NCBI GenBank assembly: GCA_023213395.1
Contig: CM041465.1
Location: 106,957,741-107,021,740 of the forward strand
Reading direction: 5' to 3'
Length of the DNA: 64,000 nt
Source: Cycas panzhihuaensis
Taxonomy: Eukaryota > Plantae > Cycadophyta
A program made the translations under genes and the position numbers. Position 1 is the first letter of the stretch; the number at the start of each line of letters is the position of its first letter. The notes under the pieces were generated by a model. It did no database searches, was not told the DNA's origin, and saw only the letters and a program-made list of their open reading frames with translations. Shown piece after piece: positions 1 through 14,100 of this stretch.

Positions 1-86
1 AGGCATCCAACCAAAATTAAGAGAGAAAAATAAAGAACAAAATATTAAGAGTAGAGCCTAGTTATGCATTCAAAAGAAATGCTACA
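1..86 (-). repeat. Start of the 3' LTR of a chromovirus (runs off the window)
   Basis: On the minus strand a purine tract (caacagggagaact) follows the chromodomain and is followed directly by TGTAGCA at 86. Confidence 0.65.
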
Positions 87-2830
87 AGTTCTCCCTGTTG
101 AAAACATGTTTTGCCTTCAAAACATGGAAATGTGAGAATGTTGTTGGCACCATGCTTCAGATTCCCACGTGGCATCTTCCTTGTTGAGGCCTCTCCACCT
201 GATCAAATACTCACAAATCTTCTTAGAGCAAAGCTGCTTAGTTTGAATATGGATAATGGCTTCAGGTTCTATAGTAAACTATCCTTCTTCGTCTAATATG
301 GGAGGTATTGTCTTGATTATCATGGGAGGTATTGTCACAAGAGATGTGCAATACATTGTGCACTTTGTTGTTAAGTAGTAGATCAAGTTGGTAGGCTACC
401 TCTTGTACGTTCTCCAAGATCTAATAAGGCCCATAAAATTGTGGCCACAATTTAAACCTCCTTGCTTGCTTTAGCGTAAATTGTTTACATAGTTGAAGCG
501 TTAAAAAAAACCCACCTCCTTTGTCAAACAGCCTTTCTAATCTATGCAAATCAACTTTTTATTGCATATGGTTCCTTGCTAAGTTGAAATAGTCCTTCAA
601 AATTTGTACTATCTGAGCCAACTATTGTTGTTGGTCCTATACAACAAGTACAAGGAGTTACTGGCCCATGGGAGGAGAGATAGGGGTTCATTACCATATA
701 ATGCCTAAAAGAGTCATCTTGACCAAGGTGTGATAGGTGGTATTGTACCACCATTCAGTTGGATATAACCACCTATGCTAATGTTGTTACTTATTAGGTG
801 AAAAGTTCTGAAGATAGCCTTCCAAACATTTATTCACTGCTTCTATTTGTGGATGATAGGCTATGCTCATTGTGAGCTTAGTACCTCCCTGGTGGAACAT
901 CTCATGTCAAAAGTTGTTCATGAATTTTAGATTAGATCACTTACTATCACTTTGGGAAAACCCTGTAGTCTACAAAATTCTTTAATAAATAGATTGACAA
1001 TCTGACTAGCCTTAACTATGGACTGAGTACCTCTAAAGTGTGTATACTTAGCCAATTGATCCACTACTATAAATAACAAGTCCTTACTTCCTTATCTCAA
1101 TAGACTTATTATAAAATCCATTGATATTTCCTCCCATTTTTGTTCTAGTATATGTAACGGGTAAAGTGATCTTAGAATTCTAATATTTTCGCTATTGTTC
1201 TTTGACAAGTGTCGCATTCTAATACAAACTTGTAGACATCTACTTTCAAACTTTTCGAGAAAAATATATTATGGACTTGGAAATACATTTTGTCGATCCC
1301 TATGCACTAATAATGGTGTCACATGAACTTCTTGAATGAACTTCTACTCGAGTGTTGATGTATAAGGGACAAAGATCTTCCCCCTATGCAAAATTAAATC
1401 AGTCCATAATCTGTATTTCGTTTGTGTTCTTGCTTGGATTTTTTAGAGTATATGTTGTGCCCTCGATCTTTCTAGTATTCTTGTACCAACTCGCGTGTCC
1501 AACTATGTGTGGCCATTGAAATTGCCCAAAGGGTGGGTTGCTTTGGATTCCTAGTTAGTGGATCTACCACCACATTCTCTTTCCCTTTCTTGTAGATGAT
1601 ACCAAAGTCGAAAGCTTGCAATTTGCTTACCCATTTTTGTTACTTGTTTGATAAAACCCTTTCATTCAAGAAATACTTAAGTCTGTCATGATTAGTCTTG
1701 ACGAAGAATTTGCTCCTTACTAAGTATTATTGCCATTGGTGGATGGCATGCATAATTGTAAGCATTTCCTTGTTGTAAATATGTTTTAGTTGTTTTCTTG
1801 AATTTAGTCTCTGACTTTCGTAAGCTATGGGTTGCTTGTTCTAAAGCAAAATTGCTTCTAATCCAACTCCTTAAGCATCACATTCCAAAACAAACGGTTC
1901 TCTTACGTCTTGTGTAGCTAAAACAGGGTAGTGAGCATCGCATTCTTCAATCCTTAGAAAGCTTATTCTACTGGTTGGTGCCATATGAAAGCTCCCTTCT
2001 TTGTGAGGCTCGTTAATGGTGCTATTATGATTGCATATCCTTTTATGAAGTGTCACAAAAATCCAACTGCCCCTAAAAAATATCTAGCACTTGCGATATT
2101 ATTTGACGTGGGCAAATTCACGATGGCTTGGACTTTTTTTAGGATCCTTCTTTACTCTGTCTTGGGTGATGATATGCCCCAAATATTCTAGTTCTATTTG
2201 TCCAAAGGTGGATTTGGATTTATTTGTGAAGAATTGGTTTTCTTCCAAGACTTGCAAAACTTCCTACAAATGCTCCAAGTATTTGTCTAATGTTTGGCTA
2301 TAAATCAAAATGTCATTGAAGAATAGTAGGGCAAGTTTCTTGATAAATGGTTTAACCACCATGTTCATGGTGCATTGGAATGTTATTGATTCATTAACCA
2401 GCCCAAATGGTATCACCCAAAACTCAAATAAGCCTTGATGTGTCTATAAAGTTGTTTTATATATGTCTTTGAAGTAAGATAAATCCTAGAGATGTTCTTA
2501 GCACCATGTAGTTCATCTCACAAAACGTCAATCCATAGCATTGGACACCTATTCTTGATTGTTAACTTGTTGAGAGCAAGATAGTGAGCACACATCCGAT
2601 GCGACCCATCCTTCTTTTTGATCAAAATAACTGGTGATAGAAAAGGACTGGAATTGGCCACAATAGCTCCTTGTTGTAACAAATTCTTGGCGATTTGTTG
2701 TATTTCCTTCTTGAAGTGGTGTGGGTGTCTCAGAAGGTCGATGTTGACTAGTGCAACTCCTAGTATTAACTGTATTGCATGCTCATTAACTCTATTGCCC
2801 TTTTGGAATGTCTTGAAAGATCTTGTTGTG
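87..2830 (-). mobile_element. Degenerate Ty3/gypsy chromovirus pol (RT-RNase H-integrase-chromodomain), 5'-truncated
   Basis: Minus-strand motifs in canonical order: SPVILIKKKDGSHRMC (~2640-2590), FFNDILIYS (~2310), PFVLECDA (~1890), IYKKGKENVV (~1590), WEEISMDFI (~1130), EWWYNTTYH (~750), FYGPY (~435), EYLIRWRGLNKEDATWES (~215-160). Many stops and frameshifts. Confidence 0.9.
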
Positions 2831-3115
2831 TTGGTTTATGATAGCTTAGACTCAAATAGAACATCTTGTTTAGGAGAGGAAAATATAATGAGCAATACAT
2901 ATTACTTAGAGGAAAAGTGCAAGCAAAATATTTAATAAAGTGAGCAAACAATAGATGCAGTAAAGCACACAAGAGATTCAAAAGAGATTTAATAGAACAT
3001 TGCAAAAGAGTCTTCCATTAACAACTCAAATTATATATTGTGTAATTAGAACATGTTTCACTCTATATAAGCTCATTAGCGAATGATGAGAGGCTATGGA
3101 TATAATGAAGACCTA

Positions 3116-3604
3116 TGTAGCATTCCTTTCCTCCTATCTAGTCAACTTCTAAAGAGTTGTTTGTCCGACTTAAAGTGAGTAGGAATTACCTTATTTTCTG
3201 GCCAACTCCAAAATGTATTCTAACCAACTTTGAATGATTATTCTAGCTTACTTCCATCCTCCTTTTGGCCGAGTTACTTAGCGCCATTTGTGCCGCCTAT
3301 TTATAAGGATCTTGGGCCTCTTCCTAGGGCATCCAAAGTGAATAGTGGTTACTGCATTTTTGGCCTTTAGGGCTGCAATTTGGGAGGGAACCTTGCCTTG
3401 AAGAGAAAGATAAAATCTGGTGATTTTTTCTGTAAGCTATACATAGAATTTATTATATTCAAAATTGATATTAAAAGCTTAATTTATCTATTCTGGTTAA
3501 GTACTTTCTTGTGTGATATCAAATATTAGATGGCTTGCATTCTTTATGTATATTACACACTATTTTCCTAGTTTTCGATAAATTTGGTTTATGGCATTGC
3601 TACA
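3116..3604 (+). repeat. LTR (TGTAGCA...TGCTACA) followed by a degenerate Met-type PBS
   Basis: Perfect 7-bp inverted termini, followed by agcgatattaaagg (resembles agtggtatcagagc) and then gag. Confidence 0.7.
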
Positions 3605-3659
3605 AGCGATATTAAAGGTTCGTTAAAAGGCATTCTGAAGGAGATTCAACTTTATTATA

Positions 3660-4380
3660 ACAAAGGAAGTCAAAGTGAAAATAAGGAAATGCTATCCTCC
3701 TTTTCTTTCCTTACCCAACTTCCTTTCAAATGGAACTGAGGTTAAGAAGGACTCTTTAACAAAACAAGATGGTGAATACCCTGTTAGTAATAATAGGAGA
3801 CATAGATAAAAGGGTCAACCAACTGAATGATAAGATATAAAGCATGGACACACATTTAGAAGGAACCCTAAATGACCTCAAGAATTCACTGAACAACATA
3901 AGCAAGAGGTTGGACAAGATTAAAGAAGAAGGAGAAACTTGAAGACAAGATAAATCTCAGAAACACAAAGATTGTTGGGAGTTTGAAGAAGAATTCTATG
4001 AACAAAAGAACCAAAGGGACCACTAGCAAAGAAATCAAAGGGATTTTGAACCAAAAAATGGCATCAAAGGGACATTGTAGGACTGTTTCTTAAATGGTCC
4101 TAACAAATCAAGAGGTATTCACGCTTGGATACTCGGTGGAAATCTACCGTGCATACACCCTACACGATCAAGAGCAAGTCTTAATAGCATCTCTCCCTTT
4201 ATGTGATAAGGAACTTCAATGGTTCCATTGGTAGAAAAGAACATGCAAGAAGGCAATGGGCAACAATTAACATTCCCTAAAAACAAACCTCATAGAGCAA
4301 TACGAGAACACTTGGAATACAGATTACTTCTGTCAGCTCACTCAATTACAACAGACATGTTCAGTATAAGCGTTGACTAA
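3660..4380 (+). pseudogene. Degenerate Ty3/gypsy gag, 3'-truncated
   Basis: Translates to QVLIASLPLCDKELQWFHW...DYFCQLTQLQQTCSV, the retrotransposon gag capsid pattern. Confidence 0.75.
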
Positions 4381-4699
4381 GAAATCTACTTCCTACTGCA
4401 GTTCTTCACTTGTCAAGGCTTTTCCACTATAGTCTAGGGTGTGTGCAGGTGGTCAACATACATATTCTTTAGTTAATCATCCATATAAGTCCACAATTCA
4501 CATGCATTCCATAATAAGTACACACAATTGTTCACATAACTCTTTTTATTTCATTAGACAATAGTTAAAATTACATCATATAAGGTCCATTCGGTCTGAC
4601 TGGTCAACAGTACCAGATTAGGAACCGTTGGAATTCACTAACTTGGTTCTCACATCCATACCATTGAATGGATATGATTATATATACTATGTGGTTGGT

Positions 4700-7600
4700 C
4701 CTAGCCTCCAACCACATCCCAAGTGGTTTGAGAGCATCTTGCGAAGCGTTACGCCTCCTTCCTCTACATCTGCCTTACCTCGTCCATCCTGTTTAACTCC
4801 TCTACCTACGATGGGTTTATCTTTTGCCTCATCTTCCTCTCCTCATAGTCCATTATCCTTGAGGACCACCCAAGGCATATCCTCTTCCTAACTTGGGTTG
4901 AGCATGCCCCCTTCTAGTCAAACGACTACACCTCTGCTGACTATAGTATATCCACCACCTATTGGATCTAAGGGACCTGCATGCACCCCTACTTCTAGCC
5001 ATGTGGGGGCCGTCCCTACACACTCCCAAGTTTAACCTAGGGATCCCTCCCTTTACATGCCCCCAGGTTACATCTCTCAACCGTAGGAGCACAGCAAGGG
5101 AAGCTCCCTTTCAGCTTATGGGGTGGACCCTTTACACCCATATAGGGTCACACCACCCACGGGCAACCCATATAGGCAAAACCCCAATTCTACACCCCTC
5201 TTTTCCATCCTCCCATGTCACACCTCATGTTGCACCTTTGCAAGGAGGGAAAGTTCTCTCCCAAGGTACCTTCTCTCAGGCTCCTTTCCAACAAGGGGTA
5301 TTTCCTCAAGGAGGGATGGGTCCTTCACCCCCATCTGCTCCTATGTATATTCCTTCGAATGTGGGACTAGTGTCTTCTCATCAAACCGGAGGAGGCCAAT
5401 ATCCCCTTTTGAATCAAATTCCCCAAGGAGGATTTGGGCAACCTTGTCTACGTCCTCTTCCATCTCTCATCGATCCTATGGTCCAGTCAAGGGCACGCCC
5501 CTTTATGGACTATAGATCGACACCCGTATCTATTGAGGTGCTAAGGACAAACTTACCGCCTCACCCTCTCAAGGTTCCCAAATTTGATGGAACCTCATCG
5601 CAAGACCCAATGGAGCATGTCCATAGCTTTTCTATGGCATGTATTGATTATTGGGCTGATGACCATATCCTTATGAAACTCTTCCCACAATCTCTTTAAG
5701 GCAATGCCCTTAAGTGGTTCTATCACCTGCCAGCACATTCTATCTTTTCATTCCAACAACTCGTGGATGAATTCGTCAATATTTTGACATAGCTCGTCCT
5801 TTCCAGAGCTGAATGAAAGCCCTTCTATCTCTTAAACAAGGTCATGATGAGATGAATCCTAACTTTGTGAGACGCTTCCATGACCTGCTTCACTCCACCA
5901 AGGCAACCTTACCTGAGGAGCTGAAGCAAGACCTCTTTATCAACACCCTTCGCCTAGAAGTCTACGTTGAAGTCCTTAAAATGGGGATAATAATGTGCGA
6001 CTCCACCATAGCGAAGTGCTTGGCGCTCGACGCTATTGAGATCCAAGTGGGTCTCAAGAAGCCTCTCAAGCCCTCACAACAACGTGACGCACCTCCACCA
6101 CTCTGTGAGACTAAAGTCCAATAGCCTGCCAGGTCTTCTTCCCATCCAACAGAGAAGACCTTGGATCCTCTCACCTCCATTGTATGCTCATTCGAACGTA
6201 CCATGAAGGAGCTTAAACTCCAAGCCCCTTCATCCCCCACCTCTCATAAACCAGTTCAGTAGGCCTCTCAAGCTGCTCCCCTCAAGGGTAACACCTAATC
6301 TTTTCAAATGAGAAACCTCGATTCCTCCCTAGAGAAGAAATTATGTTCCATCCATGGAGAGTATTTCTACGAAGATTCAGAATGCCGGGCCCAGCACCCT
6401 AGAGCCACCCCGCAACGTGATTCTTCTCCCAAACGGGCATTTAGGCCAAACCTAGACCAGCCCATCCACAAGGATCTTTTCCCTAAACATGGGAACGTGA
6501 TCGCAATAACCAACAAAAGGGTAACCAAAATAGAGGGAGGTCCCCAAACCCTCGCCCTTTGCAAGCCAAAGGGAAGGGTACAAGGGATTTGTCCTCTCCT
6601 TATGGTTCCCCCGATTGTCACACTCCTTCATCCTCTCGATCCCGAGACAAGGGAAAGAGAGTCATTTTGATGCTCGAGACCACGCCATTATACGCCTTAA
6701 CCCAGTCTCAAGCGGCTAAAGAGGCGAACGACGCCTCTTCTTCCATATCTCACCTTAATTCCCTTCTAAAAATCCCTCCTCTGGAAGTCCCTGCACTCCC
6801 CAAGACTATTCCTGTGTGCCTCGGTCATTGCGACTTTTGAAGGGCCCTTCCCCAACCTACCGTGAAGGGGAAGTGCTTCTTTGTTGTCGACGAGCTTCAC
6901 ACTATGGCCGCGGGGATGTCCATAATGGATGTCTTGAGGAGCTGTCCGGAACAGTGTAAGTTCTCTTAGAAGCCTTGGGATTGGGTGACGCATCCATTCA
7001 CGCTTTAGGCACTGCTCTAAGCCACGAAACTGCCATCTCCTTCGACCCCAAGGATCTTCCTCCAACCGATGAAAGGGAATGCCAATGGCACTATCCCTTC
7101 ACCATAACTATTGATACTCCCGACTGCACTCTTCGAAGAACCGTTGTGGACAATGGTTCTTCCATCAATGTTATGCCCTTACACGTCATGCAAGAGCTTG
7201 GCATATTAGCTCTAGAGCCAGTTCCATGGCAGTGTCAAGGTTACAATGGTAGCAAAATGACACCCTTAGGATCAGTGTCCATTCCACTCACCCTCAAGGA
7301 CAAAACAGTCCTAACTGACATTGTAGTTCTCGACGTCGACGTCAACTACAACCTTTTGTTGGGACACCCATGGCTCAACCAAATGGGAGTTGTGTGCTCA
7401 TCTTATTGGCGACGACTTAAATTCATCCATGAAGTTAAAATGAAGGTTATCTCTCGAGAGCCTCCTCCCACCAAACAAACCCGCCAACCTCGTCAAGCAG
7501 CTTGCGATAAGGCAAAGGGCGATAAGGATCTATTTGCCCACAGTTCCGCTTGCTCTATCGATATTCCTGGCTCATCTAGCTTGGGAGAAGGTCCCTCCTC

Positions 7601-8050
7601 TTCTTCCTTAAATCTCATCTACTTCGTCTCTATTGGCGTAGGGAGCTATGGGTATCTCGCCGTGCTTAGTGACGACGAATCCAATGGCGAGGATGAGGAC
7701 CTTCCTCATCCCATATCCCTCCTAAATGCAAGTAGGAGGCACTCTATTCGTTCTAGGTCCAGACTTGAACTTTCTCCTATTAAGGAGACCAACTTTCCTC
7801 TTGGATCACATATCATCACTCCTACCAATTGTGCAATCTCCCATATCACTCTATCTTCCACTTTGTTGCCCTCTGTAGGCGATGAAGCGAGGGAGCTTCT
7901 TATCGTTTCTCACAAGAGGACCCCTTCTGACTCTTTTGAAAAATCCCTTGGGTATATCTAATGGTGGGTTGACCGCTATGGTCCCACTGCTCCTTCTACT
8001 CCTCTCCCCTTGTCTTCTCGAAGCGTGGTCATCCATGGGCTGGACTACTA
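4700..8050 (+). mobile_element. Tat/Ogre-like family copy A: gag-protease remnant without LTRs
   Basis: VPKFDGTSSQDPMEHVHSF, LKQGHDE, CHHC-knuckle remnant, protease VDNGSSINVM and YNLLLGHPWL. Colinear with 11460-14710; ends at VVIHGLDY. Confidence 0.9.
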
Positions 8051-8096
8051 AAGAGGTTAGGAGTTAAGTGAGGGAATGATAAGTGGGGGGTGCAGT

Positions 8097-9587
8097 TGTA
8101 AGGTGTTTATAGCCTATTGACCCTAAAAGTATAATAGATTTACCTAGTATACTAAAATAAGCATGAGAAGCTCGTTAAAGTAGGATAGGTGGGTCTTAAG
8201 TGAAATTTTTGGGCAATGGGTCCCATAGATGCCTATATATCATTATACCCTAAAATTTTATGTTAAAACTACCCTAATGAAAATGATCAAGATGACATAA
8301 TACCCTAGGTATTTTCATATTATAGATTTTTTTAATAAAACCTAAATCTAATTGTGTTAGTTATTTTCAAATCTAGGAAGTATTTTAAAATTAGAATTCT
8401 CAAGAGAGTAGGAAATTACTTTCTTTTAATAAATCTAACTATTGGTAGTTATTTTTTCTTTATGAGCTAGAATTGTTATTGATAGATTGTTACTTACATG
8501 GTTATGTTTAGCATGTGAAGTTATCAATTAAAGGTCTATTATCCTGTAGTTAGATCTTAAGTAAGAAGTAGAATATTGTAAGCATGATGTGAGTAGTAAT
8601 AAGGTATCCTACCAACCACTAGAAAAGGTGTACTTGGTCTTATAAGCATATTAATAAACTTTTATGTAGAATGTAAGAACAGGTAGCTTCATGGCACTAA
8701 TCGCCAACTAATACACTACAAGACTTTAGTGACCAATAAGTTGTCTACATTAAGAAGGATTCAAGACCTAAAGGGATCCTCCTCTATGCCCAAAGGTACA
8801 TGGAGGCTCAATTCTATAGCTAAGTTTTGTCTATAGGGCTTAGTTCAGGAGTGTTATCTCTAGTCCTTCATGTAAAGGGCAGAAAACTCACATTATGCTT
8901 AGCCAGAATGAAAGATCATTATGATTTTTATAGACCGCTAGTATAGGGTCTCTATCTAACTACTTTAAGTAGTTGCTACACAAAGTTATCTACCTAGGAA
9001 TGAGGATCAAAAGGGAAAAGGATAGCTGCTAAGTGGAGTTATCTACCCTTGGACTAACAATATAGGTATTGTAATTGAAATAAAATTGAACTGAACTAAA
9101 TCAAATTCAAAGAAAAGGTGTTGAGCATTACTAAGGGGAAATAAAATTTCCTTTTCTTTATGAGTCTTGAATGCCGCAGATTTTATTCCTCAATATCCCT
9201 ATAGAGAGTACTGAGAGGTGATCTTTTCTCAATCTCTACTTGTGTAAAGAAAGTACTTAATCATATTGGAGGGAAAAAATTTCCTTGATTTTTACCTATT
9301 CTATAGTTCCCATTTATTATATAACTGAGCTATGATACTACTTAATATAGTTCTTTAGTCCTGCCTTTATATATAAATAGAAAATAGAACATAGAAAAAG
9401 AGTATAAATAAACACTAAAATAAATATCAAAAGATCATACTAAAGGGCAATAGTAATTTCACATTCACAAACTAATCTTCTTTCATATCCATAGGGCCTT
9501 AAATAGGCAAATTAGCCATTTAGAAAATGGATCTCATCGAAGAGGCATTAGGCCTTTATTTCCATTAGTAGTCCCAAGTGACCTACA
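8097..9587 (+). repeat. Possible old LTR of an unrelated element
   Basis: Purine-rich tract (aagtggggggtgcagt) followed by TGTAAGG; candidate end CCTACA at 9587. No second copy in the window. Confidence 0.3.
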
Positions 9588-9769
9588 TACACATTTTAAT
9601 TATGAGCATTAACATCTACTTCTTATTAACAAAGAGTACATTCTCAAGAGTTCTGCCAACCACTAGTGGTTATATAATAAGCCATAAATTTCAGGGATGT
9701 CTTCAACAATACCTTTGAAGAATAAATTATAGGGGCTTTTCTCTTTAATATGGCTAAATTATAGGGGCT

Positions 9770-9900
9770 TTTCTCTCTAATATGGCCTAATCTTTGATGC
9801 CACAAGATAGTTTTACCAACAAGTGATACTTGGGTCCTACCTACATTATTACTACTTTCTATAATAGTCAAATTACAATTGCCAGTGTATATTGTGCTCA
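9770..9900 (-). pseudogene. Ty1/copia pre-integrase (zinc-finger) fragment
   Basis: LWHQRLGHI motif in ORF 9644-9901. Confidence 0.7.
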
Positions 9901-10875
9901 CATAAAGCTTATATAGATTGTCTCTTGCAACCCCCTCTTGGAAGGGATAGGGTTGTGCATGTGTAGGTTGTCATTGCTCTCGCAAAGGTGTCAAGCACTT
10001 AGATCCGGGTAAGGTCTCTTGTGTTTTGCTCTTTGCTTTCATTTTTGTTTCCTTTCGCAAGGGGAAGGTAAGGAAGCCCCTCCATTATCTGTGGGCTTGG
10101 CGAGGATGTACGTGGCGCATGAGCGAGGTCTCCTATCGGCCGCTACTCTCCTGGGTACGTACTTCTTCCTCTTGTCCTCACTTTCCTTTTCGTACTTTTA
10201 GTTGTGGTCTATGCATTAGTTAAATAGGTCAAACATAAAAGGGAAAAGGAAATTAATATCTTTTACTCGCATTTATATATTTACACATTACGCACCACAT
10301 TCACTCTGAGAAAAGACTTTAGGAGATTTTTCCTTCGTCTTTTCTTCAGCTTGCAAAACCAATCCTCGCCCCTTTTGGCTTGTTTTCTTTGTTTGGTTTT
10401 GTTTGCTTGCATATGCCACATCACTCTCGCCTTCCTGGTCGAATCATTAAGGGAGATTTTGGGATTGTTGTCCACTCCCGCTCCCTTCTCCTCTTCTCGG
10501 CTCTATTTGCTCGATCAAATAACCGAGAAGATCCTAGCTGCACTATAGGCTATCGCTTACCTTACTCCCACTTGTTTCCCTCCGTCATAGGGAAACCCTT
10601 GGGGATTCCCTTCCTCCCCTTTCGACCATCCAAGGGTGGGAGGACTTTTTTCCTAAGTCTATCCAGGCTACTTCTCTCACTTTCCCCCTTTCTCTTTAAG
10701 GTGGGGAACCACTCTCAGGTAGTTGGGTATCATCCGCAGGTCCCGAACTCGGCCTCACACATGGGCGCCTGCATGGTACTCGCCGCTTGTAGGTTTCTAT
10801 CTCGCACCCTCGATACCATTATCGATCATCCTCGCTATTTCTACTCGCCTAGGTGATTATCCCAGACGCATCCAC

Positions 10876-10893
10876 TGGCGACCATATTGGGGA
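10876..10893 (+). promoter_or_regulatory. Primer binding site, tRNA-Arg-like (TGGCGACCATATTGGGGA)
   Basis: Follows the LTR-terminal CA and resembles the Ogre/Tat TGGCGAC...GGGGA PBS. Homologous sites at 57643-57660 (-) and 62092-62108 (+). Confidence 0.8.
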
Positions 10894-11134
10894 CTTGCCA
10901 GTAAGGGAGCTAGTTCTCATCCCTTCCTGTTGATATTACTACCTTCTAGTGGTTCCTTTCTCTTTATCTCCTTCGTTGGGCAGCCCCCAATGTGCACTCC
11001 TTGTGGCTCTTTCCTTCTTCTAAAGTGTTAGCAAGCTTTGTATGCAATGCTTCTCTCATTGCCTATGTGGTTTGCCTCCATTGTTAGAAGATCCTAGGTA
11101 TCGTCCTCTTTCATCGTCAAATTCTGATTCGACC

Positions 11135-14100
11135 ATGACAGGATACCCCTATGATTAGGCCTATCACACCTTGGTCTCAGGAATTCATGAGTTTCCTGCA
11201 TCTATTTCGGGATCCACCCAAGAGGGTGACGATCCTATTTACTACCCGGGTGACCAATGTCACTCACTTGACACGCATCCTTCTACTCGTACGGTAGAAG
11301 GACCATCTCCTCTTGAGATTTACCATCTAGTTGGTGATTCTTATGAGGAGTTCCCTGAGGGGTCTACTTCATTTGAAGTCCCATCTACTTCTTATGATCA
11401 TGTTGATACCCCTTCTGCTGACGTGGTTGAAGCTCTTAATGAGTGCTTTCGAGCTGCTCGTCTTCAACCTTGTCCTAGATGGTTTGAAGATGCTTTTCGT
11501 GGTGGAGCGTTTTTCTCGTCCACTCCTCTCCCACTTTCTTCATCCGCATCTACACCTCCTGTAACGACTAATCCTTTCGTGCCTACACATTCGTCCCACT
11601 CCATCCATACAACTGTTTTGGGGACACATGTTGCGCCTTCCGTTCCTCGTCATGGTCCTAGCTCTTTGGGACCCTCTCAAGGTATGTCTTTCTCCCAGCT
11701 TGGGGTTAGCATACCTTTTCTGAGTCAAGCCAATGTGCCACCTCCTAATGTGGTACATGTGTTTCCTAGTAGGCCTAGGGGGCCTGCTAACGCTTCTACC
11801 ACTAGTCGTGTGGGACCCACTCCCACGTATCTTCAAAACCAATCCCATGGTCCTTCTCTTTACATACCCCCAGGTTATACTTCTGAACCATGGGGACAGG
11901 GTAAAGGGAATCATATTCCAGCTTACGGGGTGGACCCGCTACATCCATATGGGGTTGCGCCACCCACAGGTGGCCCATACGGACAAAACATGGTTCCACA
12001 CCCTCCTTTTCCACCATCTAGCGTAGCCTCTTTTGCTGTGCCTTCGCAAGGGAACCCAACTTCCTTTCAAGGCGCTTATCCTCAAGCCCCCTTCCAACAA
12101 GGGGCATTTCCTCAAGGAGGAATAGGTTTATCACCCCCATCCGTTCCTTATTCACTACCTACTGCATCATTCGTCGATCCTACAGTCCAGGCAAGGGCAG
12201 GTCCCTTCATGGACTATAGATCAATGCCACTATCTGTTGAGGCATTAAGAACTAACATGTCGCCTCATCCTCCCGAAGTTCCTAAATTTGACGGAACTTC
12301 CTCACAAGACCCAACGGAGCACGTTCGTAGTTTCTCTATGGCGTGTATTGATTACTGGGCCTATGACCACATCTTAATTAAACTATTCCTCGATCTTTAC
12401 AAGGCGATGCCCTTAAGTGGTTTTATCGTCTTCTAACTCATTCCATTTTTTCGTTCCAGTAACTTGTGGACGAGTTCATTAATTATTTTGATGTTGTTCA
12501 CCCATTTGAAAGTGGAATGAGATCTCTTTTATCGCTCAAACAAGGTCACGATGAGATGAATCGTGACTTTGTGCGGCGGTTCCATGACCTTCTTCATTCC
12601 ACTAAGGCTACGTTGCCCGAGGAGTTGAAGAGGGATCTCTTCGTTAATGCACTTCGCCCTGAAGTCCACGTAGAAGTCCTTAAAATGGGGGCGACTACAT
12701 GTGACTCTGCTATTGCAAAGTGCTTAGCACTTGAGGCTATTAAGATCTAGGCTGGACTCAAGAAGCCTCTCAAGCCTTCACAGCGACGTGAGGCACCACC
12801 TCCAACTAAAGATATTAAACCTCAACAATCTTCTAGGTCTTCTTCTCATCCAACTGAGAAGACTTTAGACCCACTTACATCCGCTATACATTCATTTGAA
12901 CGTATGATGAAAGAACTCAAACTATAAGCTCCTTTATCACCAACTTCTAACAAACAAATCCAACAAGCTACTCAAGCTTCCCTCCCTAGGAATGGTAACA
13001 CCCACCTCTCAAGCAAGGAAGATGATTTTTGCTTGAGAAGAAGTGGTGTTCCATTCATGGGGAGTGCTTCCATGATGACTCATGTTGTAGGGCCCAACAT
13101 CTCATGGATGCCCCTCAACATGACTCATCCCCTAAACAGGCCTCAAGGCCTAATCCAGACCAACCGATCCACAAGGATCCGTTCCCCAAACATGGGGAAC
13201 ACGATCGTAACACTCAGCCCAAAAACAACCGGAGCTGGGGAAGATCCCGACCCCGCCCCACCGCGATAAAGGGAAGGGCGCTCAGGATTCGTCCTCTTCC
13301 TCTCGTTCCCCTAACTGACGTACTCCATCACCTTCGCGGTCCCAGAATAAGGGAAAGAAGGTGATCTAAATGCTTGAGGCTACTCCTTTGTATGCCCTTA
13401 TTCGGTCTCAAACTGCTAAAGAGGCAGCTGGTGCCTCTTCTTCTGCCGCACACTCCAATCGTCTTCTGAAAAACTCTCCTCCAGAAGTGTCACTTTTTCC
13501 CAAGGCCATTCCCGTACATCCTGGTCGTTACAATTTCTGAAGAGTGCTTACCCAACCTCCTACTAAGGGTAAGCCTTTCTTTATCATTGACGAACTCCAT
13601 ACTATCGTTGCGGGAATGTCCTTGATGGATGTTTTGAGGAGTTGTCCCGAGCAGCGGACTCTCCTTTTGGAAGCTTTAGGATCGAATGACACGCCCATTC
13701 ACACTTTGGGTGTTACCCAAGGCCATGAGCCTGCCATTTCTTTTGATCCTAAAGATCTCGCCCCTACGTGTGAAATGGAATGCCAATAGAACTTCCCGTT
13801 CACCATCACCATAAACACACCTGACTACCTCTAAGAAGAATTGTATCGACAACGATTCTTCCGTGAATGCTATGCTCTCGTGTTATGCAAGAGCTTGGTA
13901 TTTCTACCTTGGAACCTATTCCATGGCGATGCCAAGGCTATGACGGTAGCAAAGACCCCATTGGGATCTGTTTTGATCCCACTCACCTCGAGGGCAAGAC
14001 TATCCTCGTGACATTATAGTCCTTGACGCTGACGCCGACTACAATCTCCTCTTGGGCCGACCATGGCTTGACCAGATGGGAGTTGTGTGTTCGACTCGTG

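Noticed and set aside
1-4380. Minus-strand pol and plus-strand LTR-gag as two halves of one inverted element
   Set aside because: The two LTR starts share only about 9 bp (TGTAGCATT) and then do not align.
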